Assembly (NCBI RefSeq): GCF_963921235.1
Contig: NC_086108.1
Location: forward strand, 80,044,001 to 80,108,000
Source of the DNA: Mobula hypostoma
Lineage: Eukaryota
Direction: 5' to 3'
DNA: 64,000 nucleotides
The first letter of the stretch is position 1. Each line of letters begins with the position of its first letter. Below are positions 37,308 to 50,469 of this stretch, piece after piece. A model generated the notes under the pieces. It worked only from the letters and a program-made list of their open reading frames with translations, was not told the DNA's origin and made no database searches. The position numbers were made by a program, and so were the translations under genes.

Positions 37308-38794
37308 CATCCAAGTATCTGTCCGAATGTATTTTATATGTTGTAAGTGCTGTAATTGTCTGTCATCTCTTCCTTATTGGGCTTGAAGTTTATTAGACTT
37401 TCCAAATAAAAGTTAGTAATGATATTTTTCTAACAAATCATGTTACTTTTAAACATTTTTTTTTCTCCACTGGTCTCTTTTCAGGTGCTGAACAAAAAAT
37501 GAAAAATGCCTTCAAAATATCTAAGTTGTTAATATTGTTAATTAAAAAAACACTTTAAAAATGCTCTGGGATTATTTATTGGATTCTGATCTTGCTGGTC
37601 TTAGCTCACAATGTTAAAATTAGTTCATGCCGTTCACGAGGTTGCAGAGTTGCTTCATGATATGAAATGCACGGTTCAGTAGTGTCAAGAATAGTCTGCA
37701 TTTTACCTACAAATATCCTCCCTTCTTTGATGTAGGTATCTAGCTTCCTGGCAGTGAAAAGCTCCAGACCAAGAAAATCACAAACACAAGTTGTCTGATT
37801 CAATGATGCAAGCTTACTTAGTCACTGGGATTTTTGACTATTGATCATTCCTTTCTAAGTCTGCTGTTAAACCTAAATCTACTTCAGTGACGAAATGGTT
37901 AACAAGAGTACATTTCTGGCATACCCATAATATGTAAATGTTTTTTTCAAACCTGACACATTCCACTGAACCTAAACTGAGCAATGCAGCACCAGATGGA
38001 TTCTAGTATAAATAGCTTGTTTCTTTTACTCGTTGTTTAGATTAGCTGCACTGAGTGCAGTCCCTGAAACATGCTTTATTTATTCTGTAGATGTACCAGG
38101 AAAGTCTGTTATCTGCAGTGCCCCTATGCACAAAATCTGCTTACTCTGGAATTACCATAATAATCTCTTCTGATGCTGATTACTCCATGGTTGTAAATTT
38201 AGATTCTTTATCATTCCTTTCATTTGAGAACTTGTCTTTCTTCTACCTTCCAGAGCAACCTTATTACAAAACTGCAGTAAAACTGTCACAGATTTCACAA
38301 GACATTTCCAATCCAATATGTGATCATTGGTGGTCTGCCAAATTTACTCGTGGGAGAGCATGAAGAGAATCAAAATCATCCCAGGATCAATTCCGTGGCT
38401 GTGTTCTCTGTGAAGTTATTCTTCATTGAAACATGTAATGAAATATTCTCACTCCATCTGATCCAAAAATTATGATCTTCACCATGAACATTTACTTTCC
38501 CTTCCACCTCCATTCCTATGATTCAGCGATGGTATCTGCCAATCTGGCAGGTATTTTGTTAGTCTTTGAACTTTTGTTTTACTATCAAACATCATGTACT
38601 CCAAAGCAGATTATATCACACTCATACCTGTCCTGTTCCTTCTCTAATACACTATACTGTGACAATCCTGACAGCCTGAACAGTTTCGGCATCACTGGCA
38701 TAAGAGTGTTTCACAAGCATGGCGCAGGCAGACTGCAGTGGCGGAACAGCAGCTTATTGTTTTGCATCTGAATCAAGCATTGTTTTATGAAAAT

Positions 38795-39245
38795 CAAAGA
38801 AAAAACAGCAGATGTTAGAAATCTAAAGTGTAGAAAAGAAAGCAGAAAATGCTGGAAATGCCCTGCAGATCAGGTTGCATCAGTGCGAAGACAAACAGCG
38901 TTTCAGTTCACAGACCCTTTGTCAGAGCTCAACAGATTGTTTTATCACTGCAGAGATAAAATAGGAGCAGAATTAGGCCATTCAGCCCACCAAGTCTGTT
39001 CCACCGTTTGATCATGGCTTTATTATCTCTCTTAACTGCATTCTCCTGCCTTCTCCCTGTAACCTTACTAATCCAGAACTTATTGACGTCTGCTTTAAAT
39101 ATACCCAATGACTTGGCCTCTACAGCTATCTGTAGTATGATTAAGATTTAAAATTGACAGAAAACTTTATAGAAGTACTCATCAACTGTGAAGAAGGAAA
39201 CAGAATGGATGTTTCAAATTGATGACCTTTCATCAGTATTGGGAG
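38795..39245 (-). mobile_element. Two older hammerhead-bearing Penelope-like termini flanking a CR1 tail (38955-39140)
   Basis: Minus CTGACAAAGGGTCTGTGAACTGAAACGC (38898-38925) and CTGATGAAAGGTCATCAATTTGAAACATC (39208-39236). Confidence 0.55.
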
Positions 39246-39869
39246 GACTAGAACTAAAATAAAAATGTTAGACCTGCCGCCTCACTATCCAACAAACTGT
39301 GGTCAATTCTGACATCATGTAGTGCGTAGACTTTACACCTCTCCCTATGACCATGTGCATCTTCTCCATTTTCTATGGCTTCTCCCATGTACTAAAGATG
39401 TGTTGGTTGGTAGGTTTGTTGACTGTCATAAATAATCCTTCACATAAGTAGGTGAGGAGGAGATAGAGAGAACAGGTTGTCATGAAATTAGATTGCTGAC
39501 ATTTCTTTCCAAGTTGGCATAGATTCAATGGGCTGAATAGCCTCCTTCGGTGTCATAAGGAGATATGAAATAATTTGCAGAAAAAGAAGGAGGGGGGCAG
39601 AGACAACGAAAGTGAAGGTCCCAGATAGGATGGAGATCGGATGCGACTGAATTACCCAAGTGGTGGAATTGCCTGAAAGAAGGTGCTGAAGGCTGGTGAT
39701 TCTCAATAGGCACACCTGGGTGAGATGTAAGTAGGAAGAGGTATCCTAAAGTCTGAATTATCAGAAAACAAGAGAGAAAGGAAAGAGCTGAATCCTGGTA
39801 GTGAGGGACACAAGGTCGGAATGGCTGATTATTTCAGAATCAGTTTTATTATCATTGACATATGGATAG

Positions 39870-41010
39870 AGGACTAATAGATGGCAGAGAATTGGGCTAA
39901 ATGGGTGTTTCTCTGGTTGGCAGAGTGGTGAATGGAGTGCCAAAGGGGTTGGTGCTGGGCTGCGACTGTTCACGATATACATTAACAATTTGGAAGAGTG
40001 TATCTGAATTTGCTGATGCCACTAAACTCACTGGAAAAGTAAATTAATCAGGGAGTCTGCAAAAGTTACGGATACTGTAGGTTAACTGAGTGGTCAAGGG
40101 TCTGGCAGATGGAATACTACATTGTAAATGTGAGCTCAGACTGTATTAGTCCATGCATAAATACCTTTGGTGTTATTAGGGAAATGCAATGTCAGCATTA
40201 ATTTTGAGAAGATCAGAAAATAAAAGCAATGATCCAATGCTGAAACTTTATAAGGCATTGGTCAGACCGTATTTGGAGTTACGTGACCAACTTTGGGTCC
40301 CAAATCTAAAAGAGGATGTACGGGCATTAAAGAAGGTCCAGAAGAGGTTTACGAGAATAATCACAGGAATGAGAGGGTTAGTGGACATGGCTCAGTACTT
40401 ACCGGAGATTGAAGAATGGTGTGGCAGGGGCGCAGATCTCATTGAAACCTTCTGAATATTGAAAGGCCTGAACAGAGTGGACATAGAAAGTCTATGATCA
40501 AAGAACACAGTGATGCACCATCGATAACTCCAAAAGACTGGAAGTAGAGTAAATACTGAAAGGCTTTTATTAGCAGTAAAATGTGACCTCCATCATGCTA
40601 AGTATCTGTCCCTGGACTGAGGAGGAGGGGCAATGGCACAATCGCCTTTATTCAGGGATCTGTGGGAGGAGCCACAGGAGCTGTCAGCAGAGGGGCATGT
40701 AACCCAGTTACAACATATATATATGGTTTACTACACACAACCTCAATATAGAAGGATGTCTATTTAGAGATGAGCAGGGCCTCCTTTAGCCAAAAGGTGG
40801 TGAATCTGTGGAATTCATTGCCACAGACAGCTGTGGAGACCAGGTCATTGTGTATATTCAGAGTGGAGGTTGATTGGTACTTAATTAGGAAGGGTGTCAA
40901 AGGTTATGTGGAGAAGCAGAGAGAATCAGGTTGAGAGGGAAAAAAAATCAGCCATGATCAATAGACCAAACGGCCTAAATCCACTCCTATGTGTTATAGT
41001 CTTATGGTCT
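39870..41010 (+). mobile_element. CR1 3' fragment interrupted by a solo LTR
   Basis: MLKLYKALVRPYLE, KVQKRFTRIITGM, DLIETF, tail. Confidence 0.8.
40511..40735 (-). mobile_element. Solo LTR, 225 bp
   Basis: TG...CA ends (TGATGC...CTACA). 5-bp TSD CACAG/CACAA restores the CR1 sequence. Minus-strand AATAAA. Confidence 0.65.
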
Positions 41011-41629
41011 ATCCACCTGCTTTTGAATCACAAATGTAAAGAACAATACAAAAATCATCTGCATTTATCCCTGCTTTTGACCGAATGATGGAACGAAGGT
41101 TGGAGATGGCGCAGCTGTAAATATTTGTGCTTAGGAGATTGCCCCGAGGAACTCCTACAGTGACAGCCTGGAGCCGGGATTTTTGAACCCTGACAATCAG
41201 AATGATTTTCCTTCTAGGTATAATTCCAACCATTAGATACTCTTGATATCTAAAGACTTCAGTTCTACCAGCACTCCTTGATGCTGTATTGACCTGATGG
41301 TCTGTTCTGCTGGTGAGGCAGAATGCAGCCAGGGATTGTGACATGAGAGGCTGACAAGATGTCCATAAGGATGAGTAAGCCAGGATTTTGCTGGACTCCT
41401 CTTGGGACAGACCTCTCAGTTTAGATACCAATCCCTAGATACTTCATTGCAAGGTCGATTGGACTAGGAGTGACTTTCCTGTGTCCAAGTTTGGTGCTTA
41501 GCTCAATAATTAATGGGCTGCCCAGCTTTATTCTTTCTCTGTTTCAATGTAGCAAAGTACAACTGAGTGGATTGCTAGGCCAATTCAGAAAACATGTGTG
41601 AATCAATCACACGTGAAAAATTGAGAAGA

Positions 41630-42080
41630 CCCTGCAGATGCTGCAAAGCTTAAATAAAAACAGAAAATGATGGAAACTCTCAAAGTGGGTTAGGCAGCAT
41701 TTGTGGAAAGAGAAATGATTAGAGTGTCAAGTCAGAGACCCTTGGTCAGACTTCTGCTGCATTTGGGCAAATCTGGAGTTGCCTTCTGATTATGCTCTTC
41801 TTCATGAGAGAAATATTGTTTCTGTTTCACTATCAAAGCCTTTCAACATTTCAATTCCATTTTTTGGCCATAAACACAAGAGATTCTGCAGATGCTGGAA
41901 ATCCAGAGCAACGCACTCAAGTTGCTAAAGGAACTCAGCAAGTCAGGCAGTATCTATGGAGAGGAATAAACTGTCAACAGGTGAGGTGTAAGTTAGGTGG
42001 GTGTGGGAGGGAGGGATGAAATAAGAAACTGGGTGAAGAAATTAAAGATTGAAGAAGAAGGAATCTGATAGGAAAGAACA
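41630..42080 (-). mobile_element. Two Penelope-like termini (41630-41752 old, degenerate hammerhead; 41871-42080 hammerhead deleted)
   Basis: CTGCAGATGCTGGAAATCC...GAACTCAGCAAGTCAGGCAG family signature. Confidence 0.65.
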
Positions 42081-42129
42081 GTATTATGTCCACTCTTTGG
42101 CCTTTGTTTCTTAAAGGAAGAGACACGGT

Positions 42130-42530
42130 CAGTTCATCCTTTCCTGGTGTGTATACCCTCACATTTCCAGCATTCTCCTTATAAATCTTCTCTGCATTCT
42201 TTCCACTGGTTTTTATAATATGGCAACCAGAACAGTGTGCAGCACTTTGAGTGTGGTCTAATGAAGGCTCGATACTTGTTTAACATAACTTCCCTAATTT
42301 TCAATTCCATCCTTCTAGAAACAAACCCTGGAGCTACAATTTGCTTATTTAAGGTCTTGAAAACCTGTGGTACAACTTTTAGTGATTAGTGTATTCCTTT
42401 GTTCCTTCGTTCCATCGAGACTTACATCTTCCAAGTAATCAGCGACCTCAGCATTCTTCCTACCAAAATGTGCTACCCATCATTTATTTATGTTGAATTT
42501 AACTTTCAATTATTTGCCCATTCCGCAAGT
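42130..42530 (-). mobile_element. CR1 RT fragment
   Basis: GGCAACCAGAACAGTGTGCAGCACTTTGAGTGTGGTCTAATG, the reverse complement of the LxRPHxxYCxxFW region. Confidence 0.6.
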
Positions 42531-42624
42531 TTTCAATTCTAAAATATTAACCATTAATGCATTGGTGGTGTCCCTAGCCTGACTATTGTGCAACATCAGT
42601 ACTCATCTTCTTCCACTGGAATAA

Positions 42625-43000
42625 CTGCTACTCTCTCAACCCTTCTGTTCTCCTCTCCTGCCTGACACTTTTCTCTGCTTCCCCTTCTTCCCTTTATTCC
42701 ATGGTCCACTGTTCTCTCTTATTAGATTCCACCTTTTTCATTCCTTTATCTCTTCCATCTATCACCTTACAGCTTCTTACATCATCTCTCCTCCCCCATC
42801 CACCCACCTATCCCTTCACCTGATCTCACCTATTACCTGCCAGCTTGTACTCCTTCCCTTTCCCCCACCTTTTTTATTTTAGCTTCTGCCCCCTTCCTTT
42901 CCAGTCCTGATGATGGTTCTCAGCCTGAAACGTCAACTGTTTATTCCCCTCCATAGATGCTGCCTGACCTGCTGGATTCCTTCAGCATTTATTTGTGTTA
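42625..43000 (+). mobile_element. Penelope-like pLTR with hammerhead (42903-42938)
   Basis: Pyrimidine-rich pLTR, then AGTC-CTGATGA-TGGTTCTCAGCCT-GAAACGTC-AACT. Core intact, stems mismatched. Confidence 0.8.
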
Positions 43001-43086
43001 CCTTTACTCCCACCTGGTTTCTACCTGGAAGGCAGCTCACAATCCAATCACCTGACTCTTCATTCTGACTTCATTCATCTATTATA

Positions 43087-43342
43087 GGGAGGGGAGGGGG
43101 AGGGAGGGAGGGGAGGCAGGGGGGCAGGAAATGTCGACTCAGACCATGAGAGGCCTGCGTCGGGCATTTTCATACCTTACAAAGCGCAGATTGGAAGTCT
43201 GTGTGGGGTGCCATTCCTCGCACAGACTAGAGCAATGTGTGATTAAGTGTCGCTCAAGGGCACAAAGACACTGCCACAGCTGAGGCTCGAACTAGCAACC
43301 TTGAGGTAACTAGACGAATGCCTTAACCACTTGGCCACGTGC
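43087..43342 (-). mobile_element. tRNA-derived SINE with TSD
   Basis: A box TGGCCAAGTGG, B box GTTCGAGCC, (CCCT)n tail. TSD TCTATTATA at 43078-43086 and 43344-43352. Confidence 0.8.
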
Positions 43343-43561
43343 TTCTATTATATTATAGGCTGCCAGTTATTTTGCATTTTCTGTTTTTATTTCACTGATT
43401 CAGCATCTGCAGTATTTGAATTTTAGCTGCGATTCGAGGCTTTCTATTAACTGATAGGCATCAGGAAAATAGGAAGATGGACAGCCACAGAAAACATAGA
43501 AAAATGTACATAAAATATATATGAATGAGGCATAAAGATTGGTATGTGTTTCACAAAAATA

Positions 43562-43824
43562 TTTTATTTATATTTATTTAAAGATGCAGCACAGTAACAA
43601 GCCCCTCCAGCCCATGAGCCCACGCCACACAACCACACTAATGTGCCCAATTAACTTACTAACTCGCATGCCTTTGGAATGTGGGAGGAAACCAGAGCAC
43701 AAGGAGGCAACCCACGCGGTCACGAGGAGAACATACAAACTCCTCACAGCCAGCGGCAGCAACCAAACCCGTGTCACTGGCACTGTAATAGAATTACGCT
43801 AACGCTATACTTCTGTGCCATCCC
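43562..43824 (-). mobile_element. V-SINE (HE1-like)
   Basis: V-domain as at 6600-6818. Confidence 0.8.
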
Positions 43825-44049
43825 ACAAAACACTAAATATCCAATCAAAAATCTTTTATTATAATCAAAGCCAATATCCCTCCGGGACGTTTTGCCACTA
43901 TGCTCGGATTACACATTTTGAAAATACCTCTACAGTTTTCTGGGATGGTGAATTAAAAAGAAGCATCTGAAATAAATTCCTCGTTATTCCACCTGAAATT
44001 GATGGCAGAATATTTAGTAGTCAGTACACACTTTCGGCACTGTGCACCA

Positions 44050-44750
44050 TTGTGGTGCGACTGAATGGTTGGAGTGATGTATGGGCTGTGAATCAGATGG
44101 GCTGCTTTGTCCTGGGAAGTGTTAAACTTCTTCAGTGTTGTTCAAACTGCATTTGTCAGACTATTCTTGTATATTCCCAGCTTCAGCCTTGCAGATGGTT
44201 GAAAGCCTTTGAAGCATCTGGAGATGAGTCACAGCCTCTGACCTGCTCTTGCAGTCAGGTTATTTATGTGGCTGGTCCCGCTGAGTTTCCGGTCAATGGT
44301 TACCTCCAGGATGCTGACAACGGTAACGCTAATGAATGTCCATGGTACTCTCACTCTTGGAGGTGACACTGCCTGCAGAAAGTGATATTTAACACTTGCC
44401 AGCCCAAGCATGAGTCTCGTCTAGGTATGACGACATTTGCCTAGGAGTTGCTAATGGCAAGAAAAACTGGGCAATCATCGGTGAATATTCTGACCCTATG
44501 ATGTAATAAAACTCATTGATGAAATAGATGAAAATAGCACGGGCCCTGAGAAACTTCTGTTGCGATGTCATGGGGCTGGGATGGTTGACCTCTGACAACT
44601 ACAACTGTCTTCCTTTGTGCAAGTTAACTTCTTCTTTACTTTGATGCCCATTGATTGAGGTTTTACAGGTGCAAGCCAAATGTTGGTTTGGTATCAAGGG
44701 CAGTCACTCACTTCATCGATGGAGTTCAACTTTTTGGTCTGTGTCTACTT
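44050..44750 (-). mobile_element. Old CR1/L2-like RT fragment
   Basis: LEVTIDRKLSGTSHINNL..AGQRL remnant. Confidence 0.5.
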
Positions 44751-45519
44751 ATGAGCTCTGAAGGACTGGTGGACCACCCTCAGTCTGGCCTCTTCCCTTT
44801 GACATGGGTGACTCTGCCAACCACCAAAGCATGAAGCCCTGAGACCAGCCAACATAGCTGTCCGGGTCATTGAGACATGCAAGCCTCCAAACATCCTCTT
44901 GGAGGTCCACTGGTCTTCCAGGTTTGGGGGTTCAGCTCACGGCTAACAGTCTAGACTGGAAAAACAAATTTTTTACGGAAACAGCAATAGAGAATCCTTC
45001 TACATCTGAGTGCAATGGTATTCCTGAGTCTCCACCTGGGACTTACATGTTTGATAGTAATGAAAACTGAGAGCAAGCTACTGACATGATGAAGGAAGCT
45101 CTGAACAGCACCAGAGATTGAGGAGCTTCATTGCTGCCCTAAATATCAATGACATAATAGGATTGACTTGCTTCTACTTATGAGCTCTGGAGCTGAGTGA
45201 CTCCAGAGTGAAACCTGCTCACTGATGGGGCCAGTTTGGGTTGTTAACAAATACATGCTGCTTGATAACACAAAGGGACAAAGAAGTTTAGATGTAAGGG
45301 AACTTTGTGCAATCCATTCCGACCCAATGTCCAAGCACTGTTCTGTAGAATGGGGAGTTAAATGAAAAAGTAAATGTGCAAATGGATTCATCCTCAACTG
45401 GTAAAATTTAGAAACTTTTATCTATGCAAACAATAAGTGCTTTACTGAGAGCAGCAGATGGAGAATATTGCCAACAATGAGAATACTCTGGGTATGAGTG
45501 ATGACCCATAATCCTGACC

Positions 45520-47810
45520 GCAGTTTACATACCACCAGTGGCCGACTATAATCAAGCACTTAAGATACTGCACGATGCCAAATCCAAACAAGAATCTTGA
45601 TGAATTTTAAATCATAGTTGGGGACTTCAACCAGGCTTGCTTGAAGAAAACCCTGCCTAATTACCATCAGCCTAAAACTGAAGAAGGCTCTCGACCTGAA
45701 ACAGCAACTGTTTATTCACTTGCATAGATGCTGTCTGATCTGCTGAGTTCCTCCAGCATTTTGTGCGTGTTGCTTTGGATTTCCAGTATGAGCAGAATTT
45801 CTCATGTTTAGCGTATAATCTGTGACACCAAAGGTCCCAACACACTAGGCCACTGTTATACTAAGGTATGGAATGCCATACCAGCCCGCACTTCGGTAAA
45901 TCTGATCACTTGGCTGTCCTTCTACCTGCATACAGGCAGAGGCTAAAGAGCAACACTCCAGAGATTAGGACAACAAAGGGGTGGTCATGGGAGGTAGAGG
46001 AGTGGCTACAGATTGTTTCGAGTCGGTGGACTGGGCTGTGTTCAAGGGCTCATCCGTGGATCTGAATGGATACTCCACAGTTGTTACGGATTTTATTAAA
46101 GCTGTTGTAGATGAGTGTGTCCCCACGTAATCATTCAGAGTCTACCCCAACCAGATGTCCTGGATGAACCATGAGATCCACAGTCTGCTGAGGGCCAGAT
46201 CACAGGCTTTCAACTCTGTGACCAGGAAAGTTACAAGAGGCCCAGGAACAATCTCCGGAAAGCCATCTTATGGGTGAAGTGGCAATTCTGGACTAAACTT
46301 GAAATCAATGAAGGATGGTTTACAGTTGTGCAGCTTTGAATGCAATCACCTCTTATAAAGTAAAAACAAGCAACATAGGCAACATGGGGCTTCACTTCCA
46401 GATGAGCTCAATGTCTTCTATGCTCACTTTTACTGTCAAAACATGAAGGAACCATCATGAACTTCCTTAGCCCTTGATGATCTAGTGATTTCAGTCTCTG
46501 AAGCCAATGTGCGAGCAGCCTTCAAGAAGGCAAACCCATGAAAAGCATCCGACCCAGATGGGGTACCCATCTAAGTACTAAAGACCTGTGCTGATCAACT
46601 GGCTGGAGTGTTCGCTCTGACCTTTAACCCCTCCCCCCTCGGTTTGGCCGTCTGAGATACCCACCTACTTCAAGCAGATTTCACTTAGATCGGTGCCTAA
46701 GAAAAACATGGTGACCTGCCTCAATGACTATCATCCAGTAGCACTTACATCCACAGTGATAACATTTTGAGTGACTGATGTTGAAACATATCAACTCCCG
46801 CCTGAGAAATGACTTGACTCCACTCCAATCTGCCTACTGAGCAACAGGCCCACAGCAGATGTCCTCTCATTTGACGCTTCACTCAACCCTGGAACATCTG
46901 GACAGCAAAGATACAAACATCAGGATGGTCTTTTTTGACTAGAGCTCAGCATTCAATAGCATCATCCCCTCAAAAGTAATCAATAGACTTCAAGTCCTTG
47001 GCCTCGATGCCTCCTTGTGCAATTGGATCCTTGATTTCCTCACTTGTAGACCCCAGTCAGTTTGGAACGGCAACAGCAACTCCGCCACAATCTCTATCAG
47101 CACAGATGCACCACAAGGCAGCTTGCGCATGTGGTTAGCCCCTTGCTCTACTCACTTTTACACTTACGACTATGTGGCTAAGCACAGCTCCAATGCCATA
47201 TTCAAATTTGCTAATGACATCCCTGTCATAGGCTGAATCAAAGGTGTTGATGAAGCAGCATATGTGTAGGAGGGAGACTGAAAATCTGGCTGAGTGGTGC
47301 ATTAACAACAACCTCTTACTCAATGTCAGCAAGACCAAGGAGCTCATTATTGACTTCAGGACGAGGATCCATGAGTCAGTCCTCATTGGAGGATCAGACG
47401 TGGAGAGGTTCAGCAACTTTAATTTCTTCAGTGTTAGAATTTTGGAGAACCTGTCCTGGGCCCAGAATTTAAGTGCAATTATGAAGGAAGTACAGCAGTG
47501 CCTTTATTTCCTTAGGAGTTTGTGAAGATTCAGCTTGACATTTAAAACTTTGACAAACTTTTATAGATGTGAGGTGGAGAGAATATTGACTGGTTGCATC
47601 ACGGAAAACACCGATGCCCTTGGATGGAGAATCCTACAAAAAGTAGTGGATGCAGCCCACCATTGAGTTCATCTACACAGAGCACCTTTGCAGGAATGCA
47701 GCATCCATCATCAAGGATGCCCACCACCCATGCCATGTTCTCTTTTCTGCTGCTGCCTCAGGAGGAAGGTGCAAGAGCCTCAGGACCCACAGTACCAGGT
47801 TCAGGAACAG
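45520..47810 (+). mobile_element. Rex1-Babar LINE, degenerate (APE end + RT)
   Basis: [66 protein letters not shown]. Confidence 0.88.
45678..45810 (+). mobile_element. Penelope-like terminus inserted in Rex1 (degenerate hammerhead)
   Basis: CTGAAGAAGGCTCTCGACCTGAAACAGCAACTG + tail. Confidence 0.75.
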
Positions 47811-50100
47811 TTGTGTGGATGAGTGTGTGCCTACGAAAACTTGCTGTACATTCCCAAACCAAAAGCCATAGATGAACCAGGAGGCACGATGTCTGCTGAC
47901 AGCTAGATCTGTGGCATTTTAAGTCTCGTGACCCAGGTCTGTACAAGAAAACCAGCTATGACTTTCAGAGGGCTACTTCAAGAGTGAAGAGACAATTCCA
48001 AGTAATGTTGGAGTCGACATCAGATGCACGTCAACTCTGGCAGGGCTTGCAAGACATTACTTCCCACAAAGCGAAACCCAATAGCATGAATGGCAGTGAT
48101 GCTTCACTACCAGGTGAGCTCAACACTTTCTATGCCAGCTTTGAAAGGGAGAATATAAGTACAGCTGTGAAGATCCCTGCTGCACCCGGTGACCCTGCGA
48201 TCTCTGTCTCGAAGGCTGATGTTAGGCTGGCTTTAAGGAGGATGAACCCTCCCAAGGTGGCAGGCCCCAATGGAATACCTGGTAAGGCTCTAAAAACTTG
48301 TGCCAACCAACTGGCTGGCATTTTCAAGGGCATTTTCTATCACTGCTTCAGTCAGAAGTTCCTACCTGTTTCAAAAAGGCAACAATTATATCAGTGTCTA
48401 AAAAAAGTAGGGTGAGCTGCCTTAATAACTATCACCCAGTAGTACTCACATCTACCATGATGAAATGCTTTGAGAGGTAGGTCATGGCTGGAATCAACTC
48501 CTGCCTCAGCAAGGACCCGGATCCACTGCAACTTGCCTGTTGTCACAATAGGTCTATGGCAGATGCAATCTCAATGGCTCTTCACACAGCCTTAGATCAC
48601 CTGGACAATATAAACACCTATGTCAGGATGCTGTTCATTGACTATAACTCAGTATTTAATACCATCATTCCCACAGTTCTGATCAATAGGCTACAGAACC
48701 TGGGCCTCTGTACCTCCCTCTGCAATTCGATCCTCCACTTCCTAACTGGAAGACCACAATTTGTGTGGATTGGTGATAATATCTCCTCCCCCCTGATGAC
48801 CAACACAAACACACCTCAAGGATGTGTTCCCAACCCACTGCTCTACTCCTTCTATACCCAGGACTGTGTGGCTAGGTATAGCTCAACTGCCATCTATAAA
48901 TTTGCTGATTATACAACCATTGTTGGTAGAATCTCAGATGGAGGTGAAAGGGTGTACAGGAGTGAGAAATGCCAATTACTGGAGCGGTGTCACAGCAACA
49001 ACATTGCACTTTATGTCACCAAGGCCAAAGAACTGATTGTGGACTTCAGGAGAGGCAAGGTGAGAGGACGCAAACTAATCCTCATAGAGGGATAAGAAGT
49101 GGAGAGAGTGAGAAATTTCAAGTCCTGGGTGTTAAGATCTCTGAGGATCTAACCTGGTTCCAAAATATTGATGCGGCTATAAAGAAGGCAAGACAGCGGC
49201 TATAATTCATCAGAATCTTGAAAAGATTTGTTTGTTACCTAAAACACTCAAAAACTTCAATAGATATACTGCTGAGAGCATTCTGACAGGCTGCATCACT
49301 GTCTGTAATGGGGTGGGGGGGATGGTTTGCTACTGCATAGGACTGAAAGTAAGTTATAAAATTAGTCAACTCCATCTTGGATACTAGCCTCTGTAGGATC
49401 TAAGATATCTTCAAGGAGTGGTGCCTCAGAAAGGCGACATCCATTATTAAGGACCTCCATCACCCAGGGCATGCCCTTTTCTTATTGAAGGAGGTATAAA
49501 AGCCTGAAGGCACACACTCAGCGACTCAGGAACAGCTTTTCTCCCTCAGCCATCCGATTCCTAAATGGACATTGAACCCGTGAACATTACCTCATTTTAA
49601 AAAATATATATTATTTCTATTTTTGCATTATTTTTAGTCTATTCAATATACATATATATGCTTACTGTAATTGACTTATTGGGCACGTGTCCAAGTGGTT
49701 AAGGCATTCGACTAGCAATCTGAAGGTCGTGAGTTCGAGCCCCAGCTGAGGCAGCGTGTTGTGTCCTTGAGCAAGGCACTTAATCACACATTGCTCTGCG
49801 ACGACACTGGTGCCAAGCTGTATGGGTCCTAATGCCCTTCCCTTGGACTACATTGGTGTCGTGGAGAGGGGAGATTTGCAGCATGGGCAACTGCTGGTCT
49901 TCTATACAACCTTGCCCAGGCCTGTGCCCTGGAGAGTGAAGACTTTCCAGGTGCAGATCCATGGTCTCACAAAACTAATGGATGTCTGAAAATTGACTTA
50001 TTTATTTATTTTTCTATATTATCATGTATTGCATCGTATTGCTGCTGCTAAGTTAGCACATTTCCAGACACATGCCGGTGATAATAAACCTGATTTTGAT
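47811..50100 (+). mobile_element. Second Rex1-Babar LINE in tandem, with 3' tail
   Basis: [45 protein letters not shown]; tail GATAATAAACCTGATT. Confidence 0.88.
49681..49990 (+). mobile_element. tRNA-derived SINE with RTE-like tail, 12-bp TSD
   Basis: A-box-like TGTCCAAGTGG, B box GTTCGAGCC, CORE-like GTGTCCTTGAGCAAGGCACTTAA. TSD AATTGACTTATT at 49669-49680 and 49991-50002. Confidence 0.88.
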
Positions 50101-50469
50101 TGTGAGTTATTACCTGTTAACCTTCAAGCTCTTGAATCAAAGGGGATAAATTTACTTGCTCTATCACTGAAATGCTCCCATAACTATGGAATCACTTTCA
50201 ATGATATTTCATCTCATTTTCCTCAATATTTATTGCTTATTTACAAACGTTTGTACTTTTATTATTATTTCTTTTCTTTTTGTATTTGCAGTTTGCTGTC
50301 TTTTTCACACTGGTTGGGCACTCAAGTTGGTGCGGTCTTTCACTGATTCTATTATCATTCTATTATGGATTTATTGAGGATGCCTACAAGGAAATGAATC
50401 TGAGGGTTGCAAATGGTGACATATGTGTACTTTGATAGTAAATTTACTTTGATTTATTGATTAGACAAG

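Noticed and set aside
37606..37803. ORF possibly from the expected neighbour gene (EIF2B3 is adjacent to PTCH2 in human)
   Set aside because: No resemblance to the EIF2B3 C-terminus as I recall it; I found no EIF2B3 exon in the window.
49681..49750. tRNA-like sequences (also 43270-43342 and 60640-60709)
   Set aside because: They are SINE heads: followed by core and tail, flanked by TSDs, and without a proper acceptor stem.
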